A stretch of DNA of 47,258 nt from Chlamydiota bacterium. Its GTDB lineage: Bacteria > Auribacterota > Tritonobacteria > UBA1439. Every line of letters begins with the position of its first letter. Positions within the stretch are counted from its first letter, which is position 1. The notes beneath the pieces are model-generated. The model did not search any database and was not told the origin of the DNA. It was given only the letters and a program-made list of their open reading frames with translations. The stretch covers positions 1 to 47,258 of the forward strand of contig JBAXOY010000006.1 in the NCBI GenBank assembly GCA_037133055.1, written 5' to 3'. This document shows positions 8,568 through 17,662 of the stretch, piece by piece. The translations under genes and the position numbers were made by a program.

Positions 8568-11130
8568 ATGGCTCGCGTACTCGGCGGCGCTGCTCGTCCT
8601 CGCCGCCGCCTTCAGCCATCCGCTCATCCTGCATTTCCGCACCGGGATGCCCTACTCGTTCATCCCCGTAGAGGGGCTCGAAGTCGTCCACCAGCAGCCC
8701 GGCGACTCCCTCCAGCTCATGCACCGATTCTGGCTCTTCACCCAGGCGATCCGCGGCCGGATCCCGTTCTTCTCGAACCCGTACGAGTTCTCGTCGCCGG
8801 AGACCCCTCCCCTCTTCAACACCCAGGGCATTCCGATCTCGTTCGTCTTCGCCCTCTTCGCCCCGCTCGGGAACATCGTCGCGTACAACCTCCTCGTGCT
8901 CCTCTCCTTTCTCGCGTCCGGGATCGCGATGGCGCTGCTCGTGCGCGGGCAGACCGGGAGCCGCGGCGCGGCGCTCTGCTGCGGCGCGCTCTATGCCTGC
9001 CTCCCCTACCGCCTCGGCCACCTGTTCGGCGGGCACCCGGGCGGCTTCGTCTTCTGTATCACGCCGCTCATGCTCGTCGCGGTGGACAGGGCGTGGCGGG
9101 GGGAGCGGGGCTCGTTTCTCTGGGGCATGGCGGCCGGGGCCTGCATCCTCTGCGCCGCCTCCGTGGAGCTCCACCAGACCCTCTACCTCGGCCTCCTTCT
9201 CCCCGTGTATGTCATGATGAAGCTCATCGAGTCGGCGCTCAGGCGCGGCGCGGCGGAGACCGTGCGGGCCTCTCGCCTCCCGCTCGCCGGCCTCCTGCTC
9301 GTCTCCGCGGCCGCGGCCGGATACCTGCTATGGGTCAAGTACTTCTTTCTCGCGACCTCCGCCATGGGCGGCGGCAGGGCGCTGAGGACCGTTCAGGGCC
9401 TGAGCCCCGGTCTCCGGGATCTCTTTTTCAAGAGCGCCAACGCGGAGAAGAACGTCTGCCTCGGACTCCTGCCCGTGCTGCTCGCCGCGTGGGGGTTCGC
9501 GGCGCGGCGCATCGAGATCCGGAGGGGCCTCGCCCCGCGGGGCGCGCTCGCGCGGCTCTACTTCTGGGCGGGTCTCTTCGGGATCGGCTACGCCATCGCG
9601 CTCGGCACCGCCCTTGAGAGGTTCGTCCCCCTCTACTCGTGGCTCCATCGCACCGTGCCGTTCCTGGCCTACTCCCGCACCTCGAGCCGGGTGCTGAACA
9701 TCGCCGTCCTCGGGTTCTTCGTCCTCGCCGGGTTCGGGCTGCGCTCTCTCTTCGCGCGCGGCCGCGGGGGCGCAGCCGCGGCGCTCTTCGCGACCGCCCT
9801 CGCGCTCCTCGACTACCACCCGAAACGGTTCATCGGCGTGAGCCTCATGGGCGGACAGGACCGCGTCTACGAACGGGTCCGCCGCGAGGGGGCGAGGAGC
9901 CGGCTCCTCGAGCTCCCGATCTGGCCGGGGGACTCCTCGTGGACCTCCATCTACGAGTACTACGGGACGCTCACCGGGGTCCCGATCGTGAACGGCTACA
10001 GCCCCGCCGCGCAGCTCCGCTACCAGGAGCGGGTGTTCATGCCGCTCAGGACCCTGAACATCGGTGAGATCCGCGCGGGGCAGCACGCGCTGCTCAAGGC
10101 ATGGGGCGTCCGCTTCGTCGTCCTGCACCAGGACGCGTTCCCGCGGCGGGTGAGCCGCTACCCGTTCGGATTCACGCGCGAGAATCTCCTGCGCTCCCCG
10201 TACCTCGAGTTCGTCCTCCGCGACGGCCCGCACTTCCTGTTCAGGGTCAGGGGCGAGCCGTCCGGGCCGCCGCAGGAGTTCGCCCTGACGAGCCCCGTCG
10301 GCGCCATCTACCCGGCGCAGAAGATGGAGACCGACGTGGGCGTGTGCACACACGACAACGCCGCCGCATCGGGGCAGTCGCTCTCGTCCACGGCGCCCGG
10401 CGCCTCCGGGGTCCTGATGCGCGGGCAGCCGCTCCTCTACCCCACGGGCGACTACACGCTGTTCGTCAACCTGAAGGCCGGGATCGGGGCGGGCGGGCCG
10501 CGCGCCGCGATCGAGGTGTTCGACGCGAACGGCGGCCGGTCCCTCGCGGCGCGGCAGGTCTCCCCCCGCGACCTGCCCGGGACGCACGAGTACCGGATGA
10601 TCGGGCTCGATTTCAGATGCGGGGAGCCCACGGTCATCGAGTTCCGCGTCTCGCGTGAGGGCGGGGGCGCCCTCTGGGCGGATTTCGCCTACGTGCTGTT
10701 CAAGGCCGAGCGCGATCCGCGGAGCGCCTACGAGGCGGAGGACCTCTTCCACATCGGCTCCGCGGTCGATGACCGCGAGGCCTCCGGCGGGCGCGCGGTG
10801 GAGGTGGGGAAAGACGAGGACGTCTCGATGCCGATGGTGAGCGGCCCCGCGCGACTCTACGGGCCGGGGCGCTGGCGCGTCCGGTACCGGCTGAGGGCGG
10901 AAGGGGCGGAGCCCGGCGTGATCGCGCGGGTCGAGGCGGTCAACGCGTTCGGGGGGACCCTCGCGGGGCGCGACGTGACGCGGGATGAACTGGCGGGGTC
11001 GGCCGGGTACCGCGAATGCGCGCTCGAGTTGAACCTCGAGAAGCTCGCGCCCCTCTCGTTCCACGTCATGCAGTTCAACCGGGCGCGCCTCTGGCTGGAC
11101 CGGATAGATATGGAGCGGCTACAGGACTAG
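8554..11130 (+). CDS. Multi-pass membrane protein, GT-C/YfhO-like, with C-terminal extracytoplasmic beta domains
   Basis: About 11 TM segments, YNLL, RLLELP...VNGYS motif typical of YfhO-like proteins, two repeated D..ASGG-type carbohydrate-binding-like modules. Confidence 0.65.
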   Translation: MKPREWLAYSAALLVLAAAFSHPLILHFRTGMPYSFIPVEGLEVVHQQPGDSLQLMHRFWLFTQAIRGRIPFFSNPYEFSSPETPPLFNTQGIPISFVFALFAPLGNIVAYNLLVLLSFLASGIAMALLVRGQTGSRGAALCCGALYACLPYRLGHLFGGHPGGFVFCITPLMLVAVDRAWRGERGSFLWGMAAGACILCAASVELHQTLYLGLLLPVYVMMKLIESALRRGAAETVRASRLPLAGLLLVSAAAAGYLLWVKYFFLATSAMGGGRALRTVQGLSPGLRDLFFKSANAEKNVCLGLLPVLLAAWGFAARRIEIRRGLAPRGALARLYFWAGLFGIGYAIALGTALERFVPLYSWLHRTVPFLAYSRTSSRVLNIAVLGFFVLAGFGLRSLFARGRGGAAAALFATALALLDYHPKRFIGVSLMGGQDRVYERVRREGARSRLLELPIWPGDSSWTSIYEYYGTLTGVPIVNGYSPAAQLRYQERVFMPLRTLNIGEIRAGQHALLKAWGVRFVVLHQDAFPRRVSRYPFGFTRENLLRSPYLEFVLRDGPHFLFRVRGEPSGPPQEFALTSPVGAIYPAQKMETDVGVCTHDNAAASGQSLSSTAPGASGVLMRGQPLLYPTGDYTLFVNLKAGIGAGGPRAAIEVFDANGGRSLAARQVSPRDLPGTHEYRMIGLDFRCGEPTVIEFRVSREGGGALWADFAYVLFKAERDPRSAYEAEDLFHIGSAVDDREASGGRAVEVGKDEDVSMPMVSGPARLYGPGRWRVRYRLRAEGAEPGVIARVEAVNAFGGTLAGRDVTRDELAGSAGYRECALELNLEKLAPLSFHVMQFNRARLWLDRIDMERLQD

Positions 11131-12357
11131 CTCGGCGCACTCCTCGATCTCGCCCGCGGGGAGGCTGAGCAGGCCGAGGAACATCCCCATCACGATCCCC
11201 CGGTAGATCTCCATGATCGTCCGGCCGATCGCGCGCCACGAGAACCGGTCCTCCGCCCTTTTCCTGAGCCGGCTGCCGCGCTCGGCGGCCCCCGCGGGGT
11301 CGCCGAGCGCCGCGTCGAGCGCCGCGGCGTACGAATCCTCGTCTCCCGGCCTCGCGTAGATCCCGTCGTCGCCCAGGACCCTGCGGTTGACCGGGGTGTC
11401 GAAGACCACCGCGGGGAGCCCCGCCGCCATGTAGTCCAGGAGCTTCAGGTTCGCCTCCGAGGGGTGCATCTTGGGCGATACGGCGATGTCGGAGGCGGCG
11501 AGATAGCGGGGGATCATCGTCTGGTAGTCCACCCTTCCCGTGAAGCGGGTCCGCTCCCCGAGCCCGAGCCCCGCCGCCATCGCCCTGTATTTTTCGACGT
11601 CGGGATAGCCGAGGATCAGGAAAAACGGGGCGCCCTTCCCGCCCCCGATTTTGGCCGCGGCCCTGAGCAGGATGTCCACTCCCTGGTACTCCGTGAGCAC
11701 CCCGGTGAAAACGATGATCGTGGTATCCGTGGGGAGGCCGAGCTCCTCCCTGAGCCGCGCCTTGTCGGCGGCGGGCGTGAAATGCGCGGTGTCCACCCCG
11801 TCGGGGACGAGGTGGATCCTCTCCGGGAGCGCCATGCGCCTTTCCCGGAGGAGGTCGGCGACCATGGGCGATGACACCGTCACCGCGTCCGCCCGCCGGA
11901 TGGATTCCCGCTCCAGAAAGCCGAGGATCCGGTACGCGGCCCTGTTCCCTCCGAGGAAGCGGTGCGCCATGCACTCGTCCGTGAGGCTCCCCTGGATGTC
12001 CACGATCATGGGGATATTCCTGAAGCGTTTGTACAGCCCCCCCACGAATCCCCCCTCGTGCAGGGAGGCGAAGAGGAGGTCAGGGGGGCGGGAGGCGAAA
12101 GCCCTCGCGCAGGTCCCGAGCAGGAGGAGGTCCATGTAAAACTTGTGGACGGAGGGGCCGGCCGATGTCTTCCGATACCAGGGGATGCGGAGTGAGCGGT
12201 GCGTCTCGATGCCCGCCACATCCCTGCCCAGGTGATACGTGCAGAGGACGACCTCGTTCCCCAGCTCCTGGAGCGCCTTCATGACGCCGAGGATCCTCAC
12301 GTGGCATCCCCGGTCGGAAAAAAAGGGCGTGGGCGCGATGACGCCTATTCTGCGCAT
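11119..12357 (-). CDS. Glycosyltransferase family 4
   Basis: APTPFFSDRGCHVRI N-terminus, VPDGVD, K..DYMAAGLP. Confidence 0.9.
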   Translation of the reverse strand: MRRIGVIAPTPFFSDRGCHVRILGVMKALQELGNEVVLCTYHLGRDVAGIETHRSLRIPWYRKTSAGPSVHKFYMDLLLLGTCARAFASRPPDLLFASLHEGGFVGGLYKRFRNIPMIVDIQGSLTDECMAHRFLGGNRAAYRILGFLERESIRRADAVTVSSPMVADLLRERRMALPERIHLVPDGVDTAHFTPAADKARLREELGLPTDTTIIVFTGVLTEYQGVDILLRAAAKIGGGKGAPFFLILGYPDVEKYRAMAAGLGLGERTRFTGRVDYQTMIPRYLAASDIAVSPKMHPSEANLKLLDYMAAGLPAVVFDTPVNRRVLGDDGIYARPGDEDSYAAALDAALGDPAGAAERGSRLRKRAEDRFSWRAIGRTIMEIYRGIVMGMFLGLLSLPAGEIEECAELVL

Positions 12358-12414
12358 GACTGTTCCCCCGGCTCCCCCGGGACGCGCGTGAAAGGCGCCC
12401 CAAGGGGACCTGGC

Positions 12415-13020
12415 TCAGAGCACCGGTACCTTCGTGCCCGGCTTCACCGCGGACTCGGCCTTGGGCAGCGTGACGGTGAGAACGCCGTTCTTGTACTCCG
12501 CCTTGATCCCGGCCTCCTTCACCTCCGCGCCGATGGGGATGACCCGCTCGAAGCTGCCGGCACTCCTCTCGTGCAGATACCAGTCGGGGCCCTTCCCCTC
12601 CTCCTTCACGACCTCCCGGCTGCCGCGCAGGATCAGGTTCCCCTCCTTGAAGGTGACCTCGATTTTGTCCTTCTCCATCCCGGGAAGGTCGCAGGTGACC
12701 GTGAACGCCTTGTCGGTTTCGGAAAGGTCGATGTCGGGAGAATACTCGAGCGCCGGCAGCGCCCACTGCGCGGGCGGCCTCGGGCCCATCCGGCCGAAGC
12801 TCTCCTCCATGATGCGGTTGATCCTGTCCTGCATCATGCGGAGCTCCATCAACGGATCGTCGCCCCCGTACCACGGACCCGCGACGGGCGGGCGCATCAT
12901 CGGCGCCGCCGCCGGCTCGTCCGCCGGGGACGGGGTCGGCGCGCCTGCCGAGGCGCAGAGCGCCGCGAGCGGGGCTGCCGCAATCAGAGCCGCCGCCGTG
13001 CTGCACAGTACCAGTTTCAT
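12415..13020 (-). CDS. Hsp20/alpha-crystallin protein with an N-terminal signal-peptide-like segment
   Basis: DLSET..FTVTCDLPG, ERSAGSFER, AEYKNGVLTVTLPK; RBS AAGGAGG. Confidence 0.9.
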   Translation of the reverse strand: MKLVLCSTAAALIAAAPLAALCASAGAPTPSPADEPAAAPMMRPPVAGPWYGGDDPLMELRMMQDRINRIMEESFGRMGPRPPAQWALPALEYSPDIDLSETDKAFTVTCDLPGMEKDKIEVTFKEGNLILRGSREVVKEEGKGPDWYLHERSAGSFERVIPIGAEVKEAGIKAEYKNGVLTVTLPKAESAVKPGTKVPVL

Positions 13021-13063
13021 GTCACACCTCCTTGGTGAAGTGGTTTAAACCGCAGGACATCGC

Positions 13064-14098
13064 TCAAAAGGCCGGGACCCCCTTCACAAAACGCTCCTTC
13101 TCTATGTCCCCGGCGTCGACCGCCACGACCGCCTCCGCGCTCGCCGCGCCGCGCGAGAGCTTCACGAGCCTCCCCCGCAGCACGTGCACGCGCTCGTTCG
13201 GGTAGAACTCGCCGCGAAGCGAGCTGTCGGCGATGATCAGGTCGATCTCCCCCGCCGGCGCGCCGTCGAGGTACGCGTCGCCGAGCCTGAGCACAAGGGG
13301 CATGTACAGGGAGTGGAGGGTGTCGATGACCGTCCCGAACACCTCGACCGGCTCCCGCACGAGCTCGACGCCCTGCCCGAACACGGGGATCCGCGCCCGG
13401 TCCGAGTAGACGAAGAAGCAGCAGACGGGGACGCCGTCGTGGAAAAGGCGCAGGGGCCAGAATTTCCCGTACTCGATGCAGCGGCGCTTCGGGTCGGTGT
13501 AGGTCAGGCGCCGGATTTGCAGGGCGATCTCCATGTTCTCCTCGGGCGCGCCGAAAAAAACCAGGTTGAGCGCCCCGTCCTCTTCCTCGCGCCCGTAGGC
13601 CAGCGGGCCGGTGACGCCGAGATTCTCGAGCGGAACGCCGAACAGGGCGGCGAGTTCCCTGATGCGCCTGCCCGTTTCCGGGAAGCGGTCCATCGCGCAG
13701 CGCATCGACTTTGCGCCGCTGAACCAGCCCTGCATCCGTTTCAGGTCAAACGGGTAGTGGTACTCCGTGATGACCGGCCCGGACGCGGGGGGCTTCAGAC
13801 CCGGCTCGATCCGGTACAGGTTCTCCATCTGCGCGTCGTGGGGGATCAGGACGCGCGCGCCGGCCTCCCGTCGCGTGGTGAGGCTCTCATACCGCCTGCC
13901 GTGGATCCGGAAAGACCCCGTTTCGCACGGGTAGTCGATGATCTTCCCGTAGAACTGCCCCGGCGGATGCCAGTACCCCTCAGCGCAGACGAAACTGCCC
14001 GAATCCTTGAGGAAGAGGGTGGCGTCAAGGACGCTGGACCCAAGCTCCTCGATGGGGCAGACGACCCGGGATATCTCTCTGGCGAAATCGTCGGTCAT
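13064..14098 (-). CDS. Hypothetical protein resembling COG1665-type predicted nucleotidyltransferases, with a degenerate active site
   Basis: EGYWHPPG N-terminal motif; LGVTGPLAYG...ALNLVFFG where GVTGS...DIDLV is expected. Confidence 0.5.
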   Translation of the reverse strand: MTDDFAREISRVVCPIEELGSSVLDATLFLKDSGSFVCAEGYWHPPGQFYGKIIDYPCETGSFRIHGRRYESLTTRREAGARVLIPHDAQMENLYRIEPGLKPPASGPVITEYHYPFDLKRMQGWFSGAKSMRCAMDRFPETGRRIRELAALFGVPLENLGVTGPLAYGREEEDGALNLVFFGAPEENMEIALQIRRLTYTDPKRRCIEYGKFWPLRLFHDGVPVCCFFVYSDRARIPVFGQGVELVREPVEVFGTVIDTLHSLYMPLVLRLGDAYLDGAPAGEIDLIIADSSLRGEFYPNERVHVLRGRLVKLSRGAASAEAVVAVDAGDIEKERFVKGVPAF

Positions 14099-14270
14099 GG
14101 CGCTCCCGGCGCTCCGGGAGCGAGAGCCCCCGTGCATTTTTCGCGGTCGCGGAACATCATACCAGAACCGCGCCCGGATTCAAAAAGGAAAAGCCCGCGA
14201 CAAAGGAAATGCCCGTTCCCGAAAGCCCGTGGGAAAACCGGTAATGGGACAGGGGGTACAACTCCTATTC

Positions 14271-14297
14271 TGTCATCCCGGCGAAAGCCTAGATCCA
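14271..14297. repeat. Degenerate GTCATCCCGGCGAAAGCCGGGATCCA-type REP hairpin
   Basis: TGTCATCCCGGCGAAAGCCTAGATCCA. Confidence 0.4.
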
Positions 14298-14307
14298 ACT
14301 TTGAAGC

Positions 14308-14798
14308 AGCCCGCAGATGAACGCAGATCGTCAGGATAGTCAGGATACACAAGGGGGACAAAAGCGGCGGGATACCCACATCGGACGCAGATTTCGCGGA
14401 TGAACGCGGATCAAGAAACAGCACATGATTTTCAAGAATGCATGGGACGCGGATTGCCGCGGATGAACGCGGATTATTAACGCAGCGTGCTCCCATCGCG
14501 AACCTTTAATCTTGACCCATTGCGGTATCTGCGTGCTCTGCGTTCATCTGCGTCCCAAAAGCCTTTGTATCTTTGTTCCGCATCGTATCCGCGTCCATCC
14601 TGACAATCTGCATTCATCCGCGTCCAAAGTCTCTTTGCCGTTTCCTTTGTGGTAAAACTATCTTTATCCGCGTTCATCCGCGTCGATCCGCGTCCAAAGT
14701 TTCTTTACCGTTTCCCTTTATGCCTTCACGCCATGGTCTTATCCGCGTCCATCCTGACAATCTGCGTTCATCTGCGTCCCGGCGTTGAAGCGTGTAAC
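14308..14798. repeat. Expanded inverted-repeat element: 7 repeat blocks (9-10-bp period ATCTGCGTTC) separated by 30-52-bp spacers
   Basis: Blocks 14311-14348, 14383-14411, 14444-14474 (forward) and 14527-14556, 14587-14625, 14666-14695, 14741-14780 (reverse); both ends shared with 26768-26928. Confidence 0.85.
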
Positions 14799-14852
14799 GC
14801 TAAGAAGATACCCCATATACGTGAGACCGTACAAGAACCGGACCTTTTGCGC

Positions 14853-14881
14853 TTGACAGCCCCCCGGTTTTCGGCTATCTT
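14853..14881 (+). promoter_or_regulatory. Putative sigma70 promoter
   Basis: TTGACA-17bp-TATCTT upstream of the 14956 ORF. Confidence 0.55.
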
Positions 14882-14955
14882 CCCGACGCTTCAGGGATAC
14901 CGGCTCTCCACCGCAACCGGACTCCGGCGCGCCGCTGCCGGAATGGGGGTGTACC

Positions 14956-15288
14956 GTGAATACGATTTTTGTGTGGGGCGACGACATCGAAAGGGTGAAG
15001 GACAAGCTCGTCAAGATTTACAAGATGAAGTGGAGCCGGAGTAAGAAGAGGTTTTTCCGCGAGAAGCTCGACGCGCGCGGCATGAAGGCCATCATGAATT
15101 TCTGCCTCAAGGAAAAGATCAACTACAAGACCGATGACGGCAAGAGCTACGAGGTGGTCAAGGCCGAGGAGTTCGACACCTCCCCCCGCGAGCTCAAGGA
15201 CTGGGCGCCCGACGTGTCCAAGGTGACGACCGGCATCGAGGAGATCGACTACGAGCAGATGTGGGACGAGCACAAGGAAGAGGAGTAA
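14956..15288 (+). CDS. Small hypothetical protein (basic N-terminal half, acidic C-terminus)
   Basis: Strong GC3 codon bias, own promoter and GGGGG RBS, no recognised family. Confidence 0.75.
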   Translation: MNTIFVWGDDIERVKDKLVKIYKMKWSRSKKRFFREKLDARGMKAIMNFCLKEKINYKTDDGKSYEVVKAEEFDTSPRELKDWAPDVSKVTTGIEEIDYEQMWDEHKEEE

Positions 15289-15346
15289 TCCCTCCCCCTC
15301 CTGAGTCCCCCCCGTCGGCCCCCCGCCGGCGGGTAACTCCTCATGT

Positions 15347-17662
15347 TCATCTCACCGCGAAGCGGGCGCTCGCGTCCAGGAACGCATCCGGGCGTCCGCG
15401 CACCGCGCCGAACGCGTCGAAGAATGCGACCACCACCTCATACCCCCCCTCGGGCGCGGCGCCGGGCACCGCCGCCGAAAGGATCGCGCACCTGAACGGC
15501 GCGCCCAGCGCCGGCATGAACGGCGCCACGGGCCTCAACTCCGCGCCGAGCGTCGCCGCGTCGCGCATCGACCCGTCCGGGAGCACCACCGCCGCGTACG
15601 CGCAGAACGGCCGCTCGATGGACTGCCGAAGCACGAACGTCGCCGTGACGTGATCGCCGCGGCTGAAGTCGCTCCCGTTCAGCGCCATCTCTGCCGGGGG
15701 TGAAAACGTCGGGGCCGGCGTCGGGGCCGGCGTCGGGGGCGGCGTCGGGGTCGGGGTCGGGGTCGGCGTCACGGGCGGCTCGACGGTCCCGACGAGGAGC
15801 GAGGGGTCGCCGAAGACATGCCAGGTGTCGAACATCTCCACGCCCGCCGATCCCGCCTCGTCCATCATCCTGCACGAGCCCGCGTAGCAGAGCGCCCCGA
15901 AACTGAAGTACGCATCCGCCACGAGAAGGTCGTTCGACTCGTCCTGGGCGATCATCGGCGGTTCCCACGACTGGTTGATGGACGACATATAGGCCGCGAT
16001 CGCCCCCGTCGGCTCCCCGTCGTGCCTCGCGCGCAGCCACGCCTCCGCGAAACAGGTCCCGGAGGTGAACGCCCCGTTCACGCAGGCCACGCTGAAGATG
16101 AACGGGAGCTCATTGTTGTTCGTCAGCGCGTTCACATCGCTGTTGGAAAACCCCGTCGTCCCCCACGAGGTCATGCTCCCGTGCCCGCAGTAGTTCACGA
16201 TCCCCCGCCCGGCGTTCAGCGCCACGCTCACCTGCGAGTCGGTCGCCCCCGCGCCGTAGATCTGATCCACCGGGGTATAGCCGTGATTCAGGAGGTCCGC
16301 GCGGATGTTGTCGATGTGCTCCCAATCGTACTCGCCGTCGTCCCCGGTGCCGTATTCAGAGCCGATGCCCGTCCCCCGGCTGAACCACGCCTGGGAGGGG
16401 GAGGGCACGGTCTCGTAGTCGATCGTCCGCCGCACCTGCGTATCGACGTCGTCTCCCGATTCGGCGGAGAAACGGCCCACGAGGATGTCCGGGTAGTCGT
16501 CGCCGCCCGCGAGTTTCGCGTAGCTCGGATCGGAGGCGCCGCCGGATGCCTCGGGCGCGGCGATCTGGGCGGCATCGCCCACGAGCAGGACAAAGGAGAG
16601 CGTCCCCCCGTCGTACACGCCCCGGATGTAGTCCTTGATGGAGTCGGCGTCGTTCCCTATCGCCGCGACGCCCACCGCCGTCGTCGGGATGCCTCGCGCG
16701 TTCTTGTGGTCGACGAGCGGCTGGATGTTCGCGAGCCACGCGTCGTGGCAGATGATCAGCATGCCGCCCTCCTCGTCCGGGGGGTCGTACATGCGCGCCC
16801 CCTCCCCGTTGAGGAAATGTCGCCCGTAGATCCGCTCGAATGCGGCGGACGGCTTCCGGGGGGCCGTCCGGCGATCGAGGACGTTGATGCGCCCCGCCCC
16901 CGCGGGTGCGACCTCCAGCGTCACCGCGGTATAGACCCGGAGCGTTTCTGTCACGGGGTTGTAGCGGAGCGGGTGAAGTTCCACCACCACGCCGCGGCGG
17001 TCGCGGAGGACATACGGCTCCCGCAGGGAGGCGAGCTCCGCGGGGTACCAGGCGTCGACCCGGTAGGCGTCGCCGATCGTGTACGGCACCCGCGAGGGGT
17101 CCGTCGTGCGGTAGATGTTCCCTTTCGAGGGGGCGAGGAGGACGCCCGTGAGATCATGGTATTCCGCCGAGACCACGCGCACCGACATCTCGGCGTCGTC
17201 GGGGATGACGACGCTGCGGCAGACGCGCGGGAGCGAGGGGGCGCCGCGCGCGAGGATGGCGCTCTCCCCCGGGAGGGCGACGAGGCGGTGCTCCGCGCCG
17301 TCTATCGTGACGGTGCGGGAGGAGAATGCGCCGATCGTGTAGCGGATCTCGATGCCGTCCGCCGCGTTTCGCGTCACCCGCGCGTCCACGGCCCCGCCGC
17401 TCCGGCCGTATGCCGTCGGCGCAGCAATCACCGCCGCGACGCAGACCACAACGCCGCAGAAACGCGCCCTCGCCGCGGCCGCCGCGCGTGCGAGCGCACT
17501 CCGGTTGCGCGTGCACATCTCCGAAAAGGCATTTCCGATCCCCCAACGCACCGACGAGGGCGCGGGCACGCCGGCGCCGCGGGTCATTTCGATCAACTGC
17601 CGCGTGTGCGGTTCATCGGCAATCACGGCGATCAGGGCCGAGGGGTCTATGAATATTTTCAT
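15347..17662 (-). CDS. Gingipain-like C25 cysteine peptidase (propeptide + catalytic domain + PT linker + C-terminal domain), preceded in frame by a PIN-domain remnant
   Basis: LAPSKG/LRD.RG propeptide motifs, FVLLVGD, SDPSY, GRFSA, catalytic NYCGHGS and SVACVNG, FGDPSL; alternative start at 17518. Confidence 0.9.
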   Translation of the reverse strand: MKIFIDPSALIAVIADEPHTRQLIEMTRGAGVPAPSSVRWGIGNAFSEMCTRNRSALARAAAAARARFCGVVVCVAAVIAAPTAYGRSGGAVDARVTRNAADGIEIRYTIGAFSSRTVTIDGAEHRLVALPGESAILARGAPSLPRVCRSVVIPDDAEMSVRVVSAEYHDLTGVLLAPSKGNIYRTTDPSRVPYTIGDAYRVDAWYPAELASLREPYVLRDRRGVVVELHPLRYNPVTETLRVYTAVTLEVAPAGAGRINVLDRRTAPRKPSAAFERIYGRHFLNGEGARMYDPPDEEGGMLIICHDAWLANIQPLVDHKNARGIPTTAVGVAAIGNDADSIKDYIRGVYDGGTLSFVLLVGDAAQIAAPEASGGASDPSYAKLAGGDDYPDILVGRFSAESGDDVDTQVRRTIDYETVPSPSQAWFSRGTGIGSEYGTGDDGEYDWEHIDNIRADLLNHGYTPVDQIYGAGATDSQVSVALNAGRGIVNYCGHGSMTSWGTTGFSNSDVNALTNNNELPFIFSVACVNGAFTSGTCFAEAWLRARHDGEPTGAIAAYMSSINQSWEPPMIAQDESNDLLVADAYFSFGALCYAGSCRMMDEAGSAGVEMFDTWHVFGDPSLLVGTVEPPVTPTPTPTPTPPPTPAPTPAPTFSPPAEMALNGSDFSRGDHVTATFVLRQSIERPFCAYAAVVLPDGSMRDAATLGAELRPVAPFMPALGAPFRCAILSAAVPGAAPEGGYEVVVAFFDAFGAVRGRPDAFLDASARFAVR
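17500..17662 (-). pseudogene. N-terminal remnant of a VapC/PIN toxin
   Basis: MKIFIDPSALIAVIADEP...APSSVRWGIGNAFSEM matches the PIN pattern D(T)SALIA...P.SV.WEIGNA, with E->G and truncation. Confidence 0.65.

Noticed and set aside
5767..11064. Long antisense ORFs (e.g. 5767-7563, 9328-11064, and similar ones throughout the window)
   Set aside because: Shadow frames of GC3-biased genes with no recognisable motifs
14190..14270. Riboswitch (GAAA-capped stems)
   Set aside because: Does not match any riboswitch consensus I can verify
14095..14788. Small ORFs containing ICVHLR/MNAD motifs
   Set aside because: These are translations of the non-coding repeat family; the same applies near 26800 and 30400
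14308..14798. CRISPR array
   Set aside because: Repeats vary in length and sequence, switch orientation mid-array and occur as dispersed pairs elsewhere; no cas genes are present
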